A DNA stretch of 63,984 nt, counting the filler, from Octopus bimaculoides (lineage: Eukaryota), in the NCBI RefSeq assembly GCF_001194135.2. It is 7 parts of 7 records of this genome, joined end to end, with 100 filler letters (N's around TTAATTAATTAA, not from the genome) between each part and the next. Parts side by side here need not be neighbours in the genome. Positions count along the whole stretch, not along the records: positions 18,235 to 30,727 come from NC_068986.1; positions 30,828 to 45,532 come from NC_068982.1; 5 more parts are not named here. The stretch is one strand, 5' to 3'. Under the pieces are notes generated by a model, which was not told where the DNA came from, ran no database searches, and saw only the letters and a program-made list of their open reading frames with translations. Position 1 is the first letter of the stretch. The number at the start of each line of letters is the position of its first letter. The translations under genes were made by a program, and so were the position numbers. Positions 25,901 through 39,908 of this stretch are shown here, piece after piece.

Positions 25901-26478
25901 NNNNNNNNNNNNNNNNNNNNNNNNNNNNNNNNNNNNNNNNNNNNNNNNNNNNNNNNNNNNNNNNNNNNNNNNNNNNNNNNNNNNNNNNNNNNNNNNNNNN
26001 NNNNNNNNNNNNNNNNNNNNNNNNNNNNNNNNNNNNNNNNNNNNNNNNNNNNNNNNNNNNNNNNNNNNNNNNNNNNNNNNNNNNNNNNNNNNNNNNNNNN
26101 NNNNNNNNNNNNNNNNNNNNNNNNNNNNNNNNNNNNNNNNNNNNNNNNNNNNNNNNNNNNNNNNNNNNNNNNNNNNNNNNNNNNNNNNNNNNNNNNNNNN
26201 NNNNNNNNNNNNNNNNNNNNNNNNNNNNNNNNNNNNNNNNNNNNNNNNNNNNNNNNNNNNNNNNNNNNNNNNNNNNNNNNNNNNNNNNNNNNNNNNNNNN
26301 NNNNNNNNNNNNNNNNNNNNNNNNNNNNNNNNNNNNNNNNNNNNNNNNNNNNNNNNNNNNNNNNNNNNNNNNNNNNNNNNNNNNNNNNNNNNNNNNNNNN
26401 NNNNNNNNNNNNNNNNNAGAATATATACATTTATATAAATGCATATATTCTTTAAATATATAGTTGCTTATATACAAT

Positions 26479-26514
<36 letters not shown>

Positions 26515-26929
26515 GCATGCATATATACATACATATATTCTTTATATATATGTGTGTGTGTGCGTGAGTGTGCTTGTATGTATGTATGTATGAATATATA
26601 TATGTGCGTATGTATCTATTTCTCCCTGTATGTATATATTTACTTACAGACATTTTTATATTCTTATTGTTTCTGTCTGTATGTGTGTGTCTGCCTCTCG
26701 TCTATCTACTTATCTACCTGTCTGCCCATCTGCCTATCTACCTGCCTACCTGTCTGCCTATATACCTACCTGTCTAACATTATACACACCTTACCTGCCT
26801 GCCACACAAAAATACTACTTTATATGCCTAAGGAGTTTGCTACTGACTGCTTCAAGGATCTACGTACTATTCAAGGCCATTTTTATGTTTTGTTAACCGC
26901 TAAGCATCACAGCATACGTACATACAGAC

Positions 26930-27100
26930 CGAGGAAAATGCTTAGCAGCATTTCGTCCGTCTCTACGTTCTGAGTTCAAATTCAGCCGAGGTCGACTTTA
27001 CAAAGGTCGATAAATTAAGTACCAGTCAAACACTGGGGTCGTTTTAATCGGCTAGTCTCCTCCCACCAAATTTCAGACCTTATGCCTATAGAGTAAAGAT
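26930..27100 (+). mobile_element. SINE family B, headless
   Basis: aaatgcttagcagcatttcgtcc...ctgagttcaaattc.gccgaggtcgac...gtcgataaattaagtaccag, matching 53650-53844. Confidence 0.88.
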
Positions 27101-27114
27101 TATTATTATTATTA

Positions 27115-27600
27115 TTGAGTGAGAAAGCAGTGCGTACCATGAAAGTGGCACTGGGGTAAAATACACCAAGCCCAGTATACCAATCATGACTACCCGTCTG
27201 ATAAGGGTACACTAAGCACATGCATCACAACCATATGTGCGTGACATGGTGATCTCATATCAAGATAAACAGCGCGTGACCTCGCAGGTGGGGCCCAGCT
27301 AGAATTTTTTTCAGGTCGAGTAGCCCATCCCGCTCAAAAGGTCACTGAATAAGGTTTGTTTAAGGATGCTGAATGAAACACCCATGTTTCTAGAGGTAAA
27401 TTATTCAAACTCCAAAGAATTCCTCTCAATACAGGGCTATGATACTATGCTCCCCCACTACTTCTGCTCGTGATCAGAGAAGCGCATATCGTCAGCCACC
27501 AAAGAACATGCTCAACTGGTTAAGGTCAAAGAACTGACAAACAAATATGTGGTATTGAGCAGAATATTTGCTGTAGTCCATCTTTTACACCAAGACAAAA
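27115..27600 (-). mobile_element. Interspersed repeat, probable LINE 3' UTR ending in (AAT)n on the minus strand
   Basis: GC-richer block bounded by an (ATT)n tract at 27098-27116; no coding motif recognised; classification is from recall only. Confidence 0.4.
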
Positions 27601-27639
27601 TATGAACATGATAACATGTTGTTGCTGCTGCTGTTGTTA

Positions 27640-27642
27640 TTA

Positions 27643-27701
<59 letters not shown>

Positions 27702-27764
27702 GCTGTTGCTGTTGTTGTTGTTGTTGTTATTATTAATATTATTATTATCATTATTAATATTATT

Positions 27765-27795
<31 letters not shown>
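27640..27795. repeat. (ATT)n/(GTT)n microsatellite
   Basis: Direct inspection. Confidence 0.95.
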
Positions 27796-28700
27796 TTATT
27801 ATTTCATTCTACTTCTCAGAGCTCTCGATTTCACTTGCTTCCGATTAATTCTGTGGGAGTGTACAGCAGCCTGTTGTCAAAGGTCTCACAGGGTCTCTTT
27901 CGAAAATACTTAACGTTCAGTTACTAATCTCAAGATCTTCACTCTTTCCAATACAGCAGTTTTTCTGGGTACGTTCTATCTTCATATCAGCCCCACTTGT
28001 TAATGCCCCCAGTGCCCCTACATTTACTGGGATGAGAGTTACTCTCTTCATTGCCCACATACGTGCAATTTCATCTTTAGTAGCTTGTACCTTTCAGTCT
28101 TTTCCAGTTCTTTGTCACCCACTCGTGTATCCTCAAATACAGCAAAATCTATGATCATGGTCTCCTTCTCTGCTCTCGGATCATCAACCACTGAATCACA
28201 CTGTATTGTAGACTCCCACATGATCTTTGACGCCTTCAGCTCACTCACGATACGTGAGATGGTTTCGTTTTTGCTGTCACACATCATGCAAAGGGGCGAG
28301 TCACAACTCATATCTCTTTGGAACTTGGTGTAATTATTTCTGAGCTTTTTACTGGGCGCTCCATATCGATACTTCAGTGAATCCTTTCAGATCATTTTTC
28401 CTTCAGGTGTTATTCTTTCTGTTCCATTTTTTTTTTTAGTGGTATTGCCCACGCATCGTTTCATTTTCCAGTTGTTAAATCTTTATTCTCCATCTTGTTT
28501 CTTAAATGCATGAGCCTGTAGACTAAAAAACAAGAAGTGGGTGAGCGCGGATACCTTTTGTGATAAGAGTAATCCTGGATCTGTAGGGTTCTTCGACTGG
28601 CTCTAGTTGGAGGTTCTCATATATCAGAAGGACTGTATTATTCATGTGCTCCTATACTTTGTATGCACTGTAAACTTTTATCTCATTTCATTGCCTTTCC
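27795..28700 (-). mobile_element. R4/Dong-like LINE 3' fragment, degenerate
   Basis: SPLCMMCDSKNETISRIVSE (CCHC knuckle), IIDFAVFEDTRVGDKELEK.ERY..L (REL), VTLIPVNVGALG, KTAVLE; 3' end abuts (AAT)n. Confidence 0.85.
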
Positions 28701-29813
28701 CTTTCTTTCCTCTTATCTTTTATGCAAATCCTCCACACAAACTGTAGACTCTCATTGTGATATACCCCTGATTATGCCCCTGTCGCAAAATAAGAAATCA
28801 TTATTATTGATGTTGTAGTTTCCTTTGTCCGTAAGCTGACCAGCTTTGTGATAGCAGCCAATGTGGTGAAACTGAAAGCTCGATCAATAGCACGACAACA
28901 GTCAATGTCCTTGTTTCGAGTCCTTGTTTCGACTCGAGATCATTTTTGATGGGGAAACTCAGCTAGTCAAAGGCATTTCATTTACGACCATCTAATCTAT
29001 TTCTCCCATGTGTACGTTATACAGTGTACGTTACCCAGAATGTTCTCTTAGAAGTCGATGGGATGCTATTTGACTGAGATTTAACTGCTATTTCTAGTAA
29101 TTCCAGCGACCAGTCACCGAATTGGTTTCTTCAATGTTGTTGACGCTTGCGGCGACGACATAATAACTCATTTTGATAAAGACACCAAATAAGTGAACTA
29201 CTACGAAAATGTAGCTTCTAGTAGTAGTAGTAGTAGTAGCAGATGTTGTTACTATTCATTTTGTTGCACTTCATTCAGTCACTCCATTTTTTTTACTTCC
29301 TTTTATTCTTAAAAATTTGAGGCTTTATTTAGTTCTCTATAGAATAGCTAAAACTATCTATCGACTAAATAATAATTTTCTATACACATTTCATACATTT
29401 AAATATATATTTTTACGTAAACATCTCTAGGTATATTATTATCTTTATACATTGACAATATGATAATGTGCTGAGATCCACCCAAAATGTATAATTCCCA
29501 ATTACTTCCACTCCTTGTGTTGCTATGTGTTTATAGTTGCGTGTATACACACACTCACACACACACATACACACACACACATACATACACACATACACAC
29601 ACACATATACACACACATACACACACAGGCACGTGCACACACATACACATATAGATGCACATATATATGTATGAATGTATAAATGTATGTATATGTATGT
29701 TTATATGAACATATATACAAATACATACATACAGACGTGTGCGTGTGTGTGTGTGTGTTATCGATCGCACATGCTCATTGCGTCTTGCTTTTTCGCCGGT
29801 TTGCTGTAGCAAA

Positions 29814-29958
29814 GCGCTCTGAAGACGACTCCCTCATAGCCTAGGTGTTAAAATACCTGAAAGTCATATGGAGGAGACTGGAGGCGAGTTGTCTCACCTG
29901 TCTATGACTTTCAGTTGTTCTAACACACAGTATTATGAGGGAGTCGTCCTCAGAACGC
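29814..29958 (-). other. ~145-nt imperfect hairpin (MITE remnant or structured RNA)
   Basis: 25-bp outer arms 29814-29838 / 29934-29958; ~24-bp inner arms gtgttaaaatacctgaaagtcata / tatgactttcagttgttctaacac; short GAGAC/GTCTC stem. Confidence 0.8.
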
Positions 29959-32626
29959 TGTACCGCACAGTGTAGTCCATCATCACAAGAAACCTCCCAC
30001 CACCACCACCTATATCCATGAATTTGATAGTCACATTGTGTAGCAGAAGTATAATTGGAGATTTGTATCACGACAATGGAATGCTGATATTATCATTATC
30101 ATTGAAACAAAATCTAATAAGAGCAAACTTCCTCAACCATACGCTATATCTAAATGGTTCTCTATAGTATCATTTACATTATCTCCACAAACAATCCAAC
30201 CACCCAAGGAATATCGCTGTTAGTGTGTTTTTGTGTGTGTGTGTGTGTATGTGTGTATTGCTTTTGTATGTAGTTTTCAAGAATTTTTATGTGAACTCTT
30301 GTGCACGAACTAATATTGTTGTACTACAGAAGAGTCATACAGCAAGTAAGTAGACGCAATACTTCAGTCTTGGTTTTATTCTTGATAAATTCGAGATAAC
30401 AATAATTTTTGCCACACTACTATAATGTTTTCAATGATTTCAAATTCTGATTACCACGTGTATGACAACTAATCAAAGATCATCTATATGTTATCATACA
30501 TGTGTATATGATCGAGTTACTATTTTGCTTTGTTCGTGGGGAGAACAGTGGTCTATTTGACTATGACGTTATTACAGCAAATAATTTGCACTCAATTTGA
30601 ATCATAACAGTTGTTACATTCAACTCTACTATCCAGTATTGCGTATTTTCGTCCCTTGTATATGTTAAACACATATCTATTAATATCTGTTATAAAACAT
30701 ACATATACATATATATATATATATATANNNNNNNNNNNNNNNNNNNNNNNNNNNNNNNNNNNNNNNNNNNNTTAATTAATTAANNNNNNNNNNNNNNNNN
30801 NNNNNNNNNNNNNNNNNNNNNNNNNNNTTCTATAGCCAATTACACGGATGAAATTTACGTATGCTTAATAATTTTACGCAAAACAACCTTCAGACTTTCC
30901 CTATTAATTTCATCGTCTTTTGAATTATGAACATATTTACATCATAAGGGTTTTTTCGTTGTAAGGCTTTCTTTTTTAGTTGATTTTCAGCTAGCAAGAC
31001 TTATCGTAGATGGCATAATAAGTCACACCCGGACAAGGTAGAGTTATACTGCTTGTATCCTATAAACTCATGTAGGAACACTGTTTCATAAAGTGCTTCG
31101 ATAGATACTGAATAGAAGCTCTTCAAGAGATATTTCACTTTCAGGTTTCAGGTACGACAGGTATATAGCGTTAGGTCTGGCGTTAGGTTTAGGGATATAT
31201 ACGCCGTTTCATGTTGGTTAAAAATGCACGTGTCTATGGAAACTACAGGCATTTTCACTTTAGCTCAGGAGGGGGTAATTCATTTCATCAAGCAACTGTA
31301 TTCGTATAGTAGAACAATAGATATCCAGCAGCAACAATATGTTTACACTCTTACAAATGACACAAATTGACTCACATGTGTGTGATTCTATATTAACATA
31401 CTACAGTCATAAAATTCGAGAGATAGAAATTCGTATGGTGAAGCTTGTCTGAATCATATTTTATCAGATATACAGTCATAGAAATTTGTCAGATTATATA
31501 ATAATATATGAATATTATCTGACAAGTAAGACTTTACTCGTAATTCCTTTGCAGATGTGTAATAGTAAAACGAAGTCCTATGTTGTTTGTGGATACACTC
31601 GATAGAGAAAAATACACATATAACATAGGGTTTCATTCGTATTATTCACGATATAAGACTCCCATATTTCTCTGCTGTAATTATCTCTCAATCTATATTT
31701 TCTATTGTCATATCTGTTTTGTATTTCTATTATACTTCTGGAGTTTTGTGCATCGAAGTTTGTGAACACATACATACATACATATACACACACCAGTTTA
31801 CACACATATATATCTATATCAGGGTCTCTACCGACAAACACACGCATATATATATATATATACATACATACATACAAACATACATACATACATATATACA
31901 TACAGACATATGTATATATATATANNNNNNNNNNNNNNNNNNNNNNNNNNNNNNNNNNNNNNNNNNNNNNNNNNNNNNNNNNNNNNNNNNNNNNNNNNNN
32001 NNNNNNNNNNNNNNNNNNNNNNNNNNNNNNNNNNNNNNNNNNNNNNNNNNNNNNNNNNNNNNNNNNNNNNNNNNNNNNNNNNNNNNNNNNNNNNNNNNNN
32101 NNNNNNNNNNNNNNNNNNNNNNNNNNNNNNNNNNNNNNNNNNNNNNNNNNNNNNNNNNNNNNNNNNNNNNNNNNNNNNNNNNNNNNNNNNNNNNNNNNNN
32201 NNNNNNNNNNNNNNNNNNNNNNNNNNNNNNNNNNNNNNNNNNNNNNNNNNNNNNNNNNNNNNNNNNNNNNNNNNNNNNNNNNNNNNNNNNNNNNNNNNNN
32301 NNNNNNNNNNNNNNNNNNNNNNNNNNNNNNNNNNNNNNNNNNNNNNNNNNNNNNNNNNNNNNNNNNNNNNNNNNNNNNNNNNNNNNNNNNNNNNNNNNNN
32401 NNNNNNNNNNNNNNNNNNNNNNNNNNNNNNNNNNNNNNNNNNNNNNNNNNNNNNNNNNNNNNNNNNNNNNNNNNNNNNNNNNNNNNNNNNNNNNNNNNNN
32501 NNNNNNNNNNNNNNNNNNNNNNNNNNNNNNNNNNNNNNNNNNNNNNNNNNNNNNNNNNNNNNNNNNNNNNNNNTATATATATATTGACTACTAAATTATA
32601 TACATATCTTTACATATCTACGCACG

Positions 32627-32682
<56 letters not shown>

Positions 32683-34510
32683 ATTGTGCGAATGTGTGCA
32701 TCTGTGTAATACATTATCATAGGGATGGCGGTGTTCATATGGTTTCATTAGAACAAGTAAAACATTCTTAAGAATATTTTTCTGACCAAAAATATATCAC
32801 ATCACATAAAGTTATATTTATTCAATAAATATGTACAACTGTACTGCGTTCTCTATCATCTTCTCCCGGAATTCTTCAAAAATAACGACAACAATGTTAT
32901 GTAATCTATACCCTTGTATACACAAACTTACTTACTATCCTATATAGGTATGTGTTTACAAACACACACGTACACACACCAACACACACACAGACTCACA
33001 GGTATACGTTTGTGTATTTACGTCTATAGGTAGACTGTGTATTTCAAGCCACTTGGAGTAGTAATTTCTGGCACAAGGATTACTTCGTTTTCAAAAAACA
33101 AGTACTCTTCCGAAAATGATGTTTCTTATGATCAAGAATGGGCAATGTATTCCAACTCGTTATATAAATATAAGTGATGACGTTAGAAAGAACACTTTGT
33201 GTCATAAGTATTATCGCTTAGACTAGCATTTGTTTACAAAATACGAAAATAAGAGCTTTTGCCTCGTGGTTGGAACTGCTTGAAAGAGCCACCATATGTT
33301 CTTTATATATATCACAAAACTCACCCTTTGAAAGGTGAACTCAATGGATACAGTATTTCTTAATAAGCCAAAAAGCAGAATGACCCTGATTTAAAAGCCT
33401 ATAACTTTTGCGCTAACTGATCTAACGTGTTTCTTAAATTTATTAGAACAAAGCCAAAAACCGAAGATATTTATTATGAGCTGCTAAATGTACCTACATA
33501 ACATGCTACACATGACATGCTAACATTCTCACGTCGGAGGTGTACGTTAGAGCATGTAGCAACTAATATTTTGTAACACAGAATGCTTAGCTTTAAAGCA
33601 AGCTCAAATTAACCGAGGAATGGTAAGGCGGGTTTCCTATGTTGTCTATCAAGAAACTGAATTGAAAGGCCACAACAAAATACAACCTACATTCTGAGAA
33701 TGAAATTATCATTACAGGAAATGTATAACGTCAATATCACAAAAATAAGACACTCTAAGCTTAGAAAGAAAAGATACATTGGGCGACGTGCTATCTGGTA
33801 TTCAAGGAGATGCAATATCTATAACCGAGATACGTTTTGATATAAGTTTTCTTCAGTAGTAAGAAATGGAGGACATTCTATAAGGTAACCGACAAGGCAA
33901 TCTCTGAATGGCATTTCAGACTAATTGACACATAAATCAAAATTAATTTAAAGCATGCAGATATTAGGTATAATACTTCGTACAAAAAATATAGTGACCA
34001 GTGCCGTTTTGAGCTCGGTGAGCAGTTGTTCGGAGGTCTCACGGATCTGCGGGCCCAATTATGATCGATGCATGGTGGCAATAAATATGATAGGGTCCAG
34101 AGCATTCTTTTACCAGGGAGATCATAATGTTGTTAAGACGACCCTGATTATGGCGGAAACATTTTATCACAAGTTTACTTGATGAGATTAAAGTCAGCCT
34201 AAAGATTAAAATACATGATGTTACAGACACATTGTACGTGCTGAAGTTATAATTCTGTGTGTGTATGTGTGTGTGTTTGGGTCTGTGTATGCATATATGT
34301 GTACATGCGTGAGCGTGTCGGTATGGTATATGTGACGCCAATGCACCTGCGGGGTTCGGTTGGAGCAAGGAAAATACTACGTATCGTCTACTATCAAAGA
34401 CGATTATTCTTATATACACACCTTTTGTTTCTTTCGGCAGAGAACAGATTAATTGAAAAGCGTATCATATACCTGACAATTTCCTAACCATAACAATCCG
34501 TAACAGTGAA

Positions 34511-34705
34511 TTACAAGACGGGTGGTCGCACTCTAGCTGATATTGCCGTTGTTGGTGCTGATGCTAATGTGATTGCAACGATCAGCGGCCTGACATTTTG
34601 CGGTACTGTAGCGCGGTGGTCGACGATTGTGCTGTCTTCTCCGCAAAAAGATGGGCTTGTCACTTCAGTCTCTTCTTCCTGTTTCTCTGTCGTTATAGTT
34701 GTGGA
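34511..34705 (-). CDS. Candidate terminal coding exon of an unidentified gene (STTITTEKQEEETEVTSPSFCGEDSTIVDHRATVPQNVRPLIVAITLASAPTTAISARVRPPVL*)
   Basis: 64 open codons plus TAA directly after an AG (tatacacagatgacAG), locally GC-richer than its flanks; no homology recognised and no partner exon found. Confidence 0.3.
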   Translation of the reverse strand, partial: STTITTEKQEEETEVTSPSFCGEDSTIVDHRATVPQNVRPLIVAITLASAPTTAISARVRPPVL

Positions 34706-37700
34706 CTGTCATCTGTGTATATAAATGTATAAGTGTAATTATAACTTAGATATGAAAAGGCACTTCTCTGTTCGCTTATTTCCTACTACTCAGCTATTAT
34801 AATCACGTTGATAATTTGCCTACTTGAGATATATAGTGTGTACTTAACAACATATATATAAGATTATACTCAATGTTATAGTTTAATGCTAAATATCCTT
34901 TTGAACATTCTGCCTCTGAAAGCAGATAGCTTCTGGCTGAACATTTTTCATTGTATGCTTGATATTTGCTGTGTAAACGCATGTTAATTTTGTTAAACGT
35001 TAACTAGATCCTAGTCAGGATTACTTTGCTCTAATATTTTCTTCCATACCTGATATATACTCTAACAGGTAGGAACAAATCAAAATCAGAATGTGAAGTG
35101 TCGTAGATAAACAAAAGGATATAGACTAGGAAATGACATATTAACTAGAACGAAAACATATGATATAAGGAATTACCTCGTTCTTCTTTTGGCACATGCC
35201 TACAAAAGGACAAAAACCATTTCGGCACGCTACAGCAACAACACTATTTTTGAATATTCTCATTGCGTGTTTGCGTAATATTAAAGAATTATATCTGTAA
35301 TATTGTGTGGTTGTTTGAAAGAAGCGTGATATATATCCATAACGTTTATCTTAATGTAAACCAAATTAGGATCGATTACTCATTTTAGTATCATATTCAC
35401 AAGTTTATACAAGACATAGTTTGATCTTCAATATGGATCCTGGAGAAACAATGTATGAAAATCCGAATATATTCTATAAATATATCACATTTTATATTTA
35501 CTTACAAGCGAAAAAAATAGCCAGAACTAAAAGTACAAAAAAAAGACAAGTTCACTTCTCTTTAACGACTGCGTCAATCTCGTGAGAGTTCATTAACTAC
35601 ATCTAGAATATAGATTCTAGACATTGGAATGCTTCATGTATGGACTTTACTTGTGATATAGAATTAATTAGTCATTCAGATTTTTCTTTGAGGGTTTCTC
35701 TGTAAAACTGTTAATTACAAGTAAATATAATTTTGCCCAACAAGTCAGATACATAGAGTGGTTTTCTGCCCTTCATCTCTGGAAGGAGATCATGTATGTT
35801 GATTCTATAATTTAAACTTACTCAGCTTTATATCTTCAGACCTATGAATACTTTTGAGTGTGACCTCTGTGTCTCACTTTCAGTCAGCTTCCATCTCCTT
35901 TCGCGTTCACATATTCTTCGCATACCCATTTTGATATCAGAGTGTATATGGAAGGTTTGTGACTGTTGGATCTATCAACCTCTTGCCCCACCTCCCACGA
36001 GGGGCCATGTTAATTTCATGAATCCGAGAACAGTCGTTTATAAGCGGTGCAATGGGGGATTGATGTTTTTCTATGATACTTTTCTCATTGATACGTTATT
36101 TAAATGTTAATGAAAACATTCAGATAAATTACTTTCTACGTGGTATATTATAATTACTTGTTCAACTTTTATACATAATTATAAATTTAAAGTAAATTTA
36201 TTCTTGTCGCTCCTCAAGTATTTATACTTGAAATTCTCTCATTTTAATAGACAGCGTTCAAGTGATTCAATAAAGTTATTCTCTTCTGATGATAGCGCGA
36301 TGTCACGCTCTAAGAAAAAGGCGCGTTTGCAAATTGGAATCCTGTTACTTTTCAATTTGAAGGTCATTAGGTTATTAATGAATTTTCATATATTCCAACA
36401 CCGACATTAGATCCTGTAGATATGAAATCATATGTGTCACAAAAGCAGTATTTACGCATGTAAAATGAACTACAATTAAAGAAAATCAAAAACTGTCTAA
36501 ATACCTCTTTTGTAGGAAAATCGCAGAATAGTTCCCGACTATTAACTAACCGTCCTGATTATTATTACGGTGGCAACTATATACATAGATGTATAAAGTA
36601 TTTGCCGTTCATAAACAAATATTTCAGTAAAATATTTTTTTTTAACGTGTACGTTTCAATAAAACCGGTTTACACTCGACATACATGATTAACTAAATAA
36701 TCATAATTATTGTATATGCTTACAAAATAATGTTTTAGCATACGATGAAACATTTTATACAGCTATATAAAAGATATGTTTATGCTAAGATAAACATATA
36801 TTCCTTGATATCCACATAGGAAATAATACTAAGGGGTAATTAATTATACTACAATGAAGACAAAAGACGATCCGTGTTTACAAGCAACACTTCACAAAAT
36901 TGTTTTTGAGTAATATACCTTTTTTTATATTTCTCCCATAATCATCATTGAATGTGAACGTGTATTGCTTGATTGTGGACGCATAAATAGGGTTCTGATA
37001 TTTTGTTTAAACGAGGACAATTGAACATTGAATAAGAGCTATTGAATGTCATGTTTATTTTACTTAGGAAACTGTGATAAAGAACATCTAGATTATTTTA
37101 TAAAACAGCAATTTTTACCTATATTATTACATTTCGGGATGATCATGTTTGTTCTTGCCAAATAAACACACTCAGTATATATACGTTTTTCACTTTAGTT
37201 TTATTACTGTTCCTATTCTAGTTTTTGTTTTCTTCTACATTAATTACGATTCATGTGAAAGTAAGAGAAATAAAGCATACGAAATTGAAACCTAAACTGC
37301 GAAAGATATGCAAGCTGTGCATTTAAAAGAGGTGAATAATTGGTGGATTTTTATAAAACCGTATCTTATTTATTCCTTTATTTTCATATCTATGAGCAAC
37401 GAAAATATGATACGTTATCGAAGTCTTTACACTACTTTCTCATTCTAAATCATGACGTGCTTTTCAAGACATCACCGTTTAAGAAGTAATAAATAATAAT
37501 AAGTTTCTTTTTAGCACTCTGTCGTTAAAGAATTGAAATCTGATGATAACTTCTAGAACGTTTTCAATAAACATTGCTTATCTCATGTTTTAAGTTCAGT
37601 TTTGAAATGTGAGGAATTCGACAAATATATTATGAATATATAAATATATTTTACAAAAAAAAAACAACAAAAAAACAAGAAAAACAAAACAAACAAACTG

Positions 37701-37889
37701 ATATATCATCATCCATATCGATGATGTGTGCTGAAAATATATATAAATCTCGATAGGTTGAATTAAATTTCATAATAATAAAAACAAACATCTTTATATG
37801 TATCAATCAATCAAAAGTATAAAAGCGACATGTCAGCAGCCGTATCAAGAAATCTCTTTTCAGTTTCCGCTATTCATATTCATCTATTT

Positions 37890-37890
37890 G

Positions 37891-37979
<89 letters not shown>

Positions 37980-38054
37980 ATATTTATCTGTCTATATGTC
38001 TATCTGTCTATCTACCTACTTATCTCTATCTACCTACTTATCTCTATCTCTCTG

Positions 38055-38129
<75 letters not shown>

Positions 38130-38140
38130 GTAAGTATGTA

Positions 38141-38181
<41 letters not shown>

Positions 38182-38185
38182 TTGT
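37890..38185. repeat. Compound (TATC)n/(CA)n/(TA)n/(TG)n microsatellites
   Basis: Direct inspection. Confidence 0.95.
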
Positions 38186-39714
38186 GTGTCTGTATGCCTG
38201 TGTGAAAAAGTCAGTGCGTGTGCCTGTACCATTTCAAAATATTATATCAGTCTCTTTCGCTGTTCATCGCAGTATATATATTTTCACACTCACGACTCCA
38301 ACCTCACTTCCTTGACAATTTTATTGATATCATTTTAGTAACCTCATATTCGCTTTCAAATATTTGTCTTCATCAAATCTGCTAAGCAGTTTACTTTCAG
38401 TTGTTTTTTTTTATATAGACATGTATCATTTTGTTACTTTTTAAAATAAATAATGATAAATATATTTCCGACAGAAGAATTAAGATTAATATATCACGAA
38501 TGTAAAAATGTAAAAAACAATTAAAAATGAGATGTCCGAAGTAATAATGTGATGGATGTTCTGCATTAGAATATCTATTTTCGCGTCACAACCTCCATGG
38601 TTAAATAGAACCAAGATGAATATTTTTATTTATATTATGGTTTCTTGTTTAGATTTCACATAAATTCTACAAAACTGTCTTCTTATTTTATATATTATTC
38701 GTTGAGAATTATGCATGCATCTAAAGTATAAATTGATAATCTTCATGAAATGTATCTGTAATATTGATTCTCAAAAGTGGCACAAACGTGCGGTATTTTA
38801 TCGATATTAAGGTTTAAATGCTGAACTTAAAATGGTAAATATTAAAAATAATACATTCGTAAAGTATAGTAGCTAAAAGCAAGTGATTTTTATCTCTATC
38901 GATTATTCCAGTTTTTCGACCGAATTTATATTAGTAGTTGACATCTGACCTTTACGAAAAATATCACGTGGATTCAGGTTTTCCTTGTCTCATAATGCTT
39001 AAATTAAAGAATTAAGAATATAATGCAAATCACTTCTGTGTAATTTGAGTAGAAAGGTAGGGACACTACACATCACGTAAATTGACCAAATGTGTGTTTT
39101 TTACAAGCAAAAGATATTAACCGTGTTTCCGTAAAGCCATTAATACTAATTTAAGTGAATGTCTACGTGACATTAAGGCTTATAATCTAATAAAATGAAT
39201 AGGGCTGTATATGAATATCTCAAAATAATGTGAAATGCCTATCTTGGATGCATTGAACTAATTATATACATAGACTATCAAGGCCTAATTCGGAAATGAT
39301 ATCTTACATAATCCATGAGTACAATTACACTATTCACCACAGATAATAACAAAACTCCAGCAGTTAATACGCTGGAGGATTGTGATTTCAAAAGTTACTT
39401 AGGAGGTTTAAATTTTCGCTGTACGAAATTATAATACTGAAAGTTCTTGTCTGACTAGATCTTAGGATCAGGTTCAACTCCAAGTTGTTAACTTAGTGGG
39501 TGTCTTGAACGCGGGAATATAGGGTCACAGGCGACATTCTGTGACGCATAAATGTACATTTGTACGCGGGTCCCTAGTTTTATATCGACTACAAATTGAT
39601 GAAACGAAATATTGTGCTCACCTCAATATAAACCCTGCATCAGTTATTCTAAACTCTGATTAGGGAAGAAGTCTAAGGCAATACAATGAAGTCTTGCCAT
39701 ACTAAAGTATATCA

Positions 39715-39908
39715 GGCGGTGAACTGGCAGAATCGTTAGCAATGTTGGCAAGATATTTTGCGACATTTCGTCAGTCGTGCTTTTCTAAGTTCAAATTCCG
39801 CAGAGATCAACTTTATCCTTTTGGAGTCGATAAAATAAATACCAGATGTAACCGACTGATTCCCTCCACCGAAATTGCTGGATTTGTACCAACATTTGAG
39901 AACAATAT
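39715..39908 (+). mobile_element. SINE family B
   Basis: ggcggtgaactggcagaatcgttagc...gttcaaattccgc.gagatcaacttt...gtcgataaaataaatacca. Confidence 0.85.

Noticed and set aside
34506-34724. Plus-strand 72-aa ORF as the real coding frame
   Set aside because: Its V/G/A-rich composition looks like an antisense shadow and it starts at GTG; the minus-strand frame is preferred, though neither is proven.
36284-36335. CTGATGA...GAAA hammerhead-like spacing
   Set aside because: No stem III or NUH triplet follows GAAA, and no stem I is present.
35840-36420. Possible exons with splice-like sites on either strand
   Set aside because: The frames following the candidate acceptors close quickly or lack a matching donor; no consistent exon could be built.
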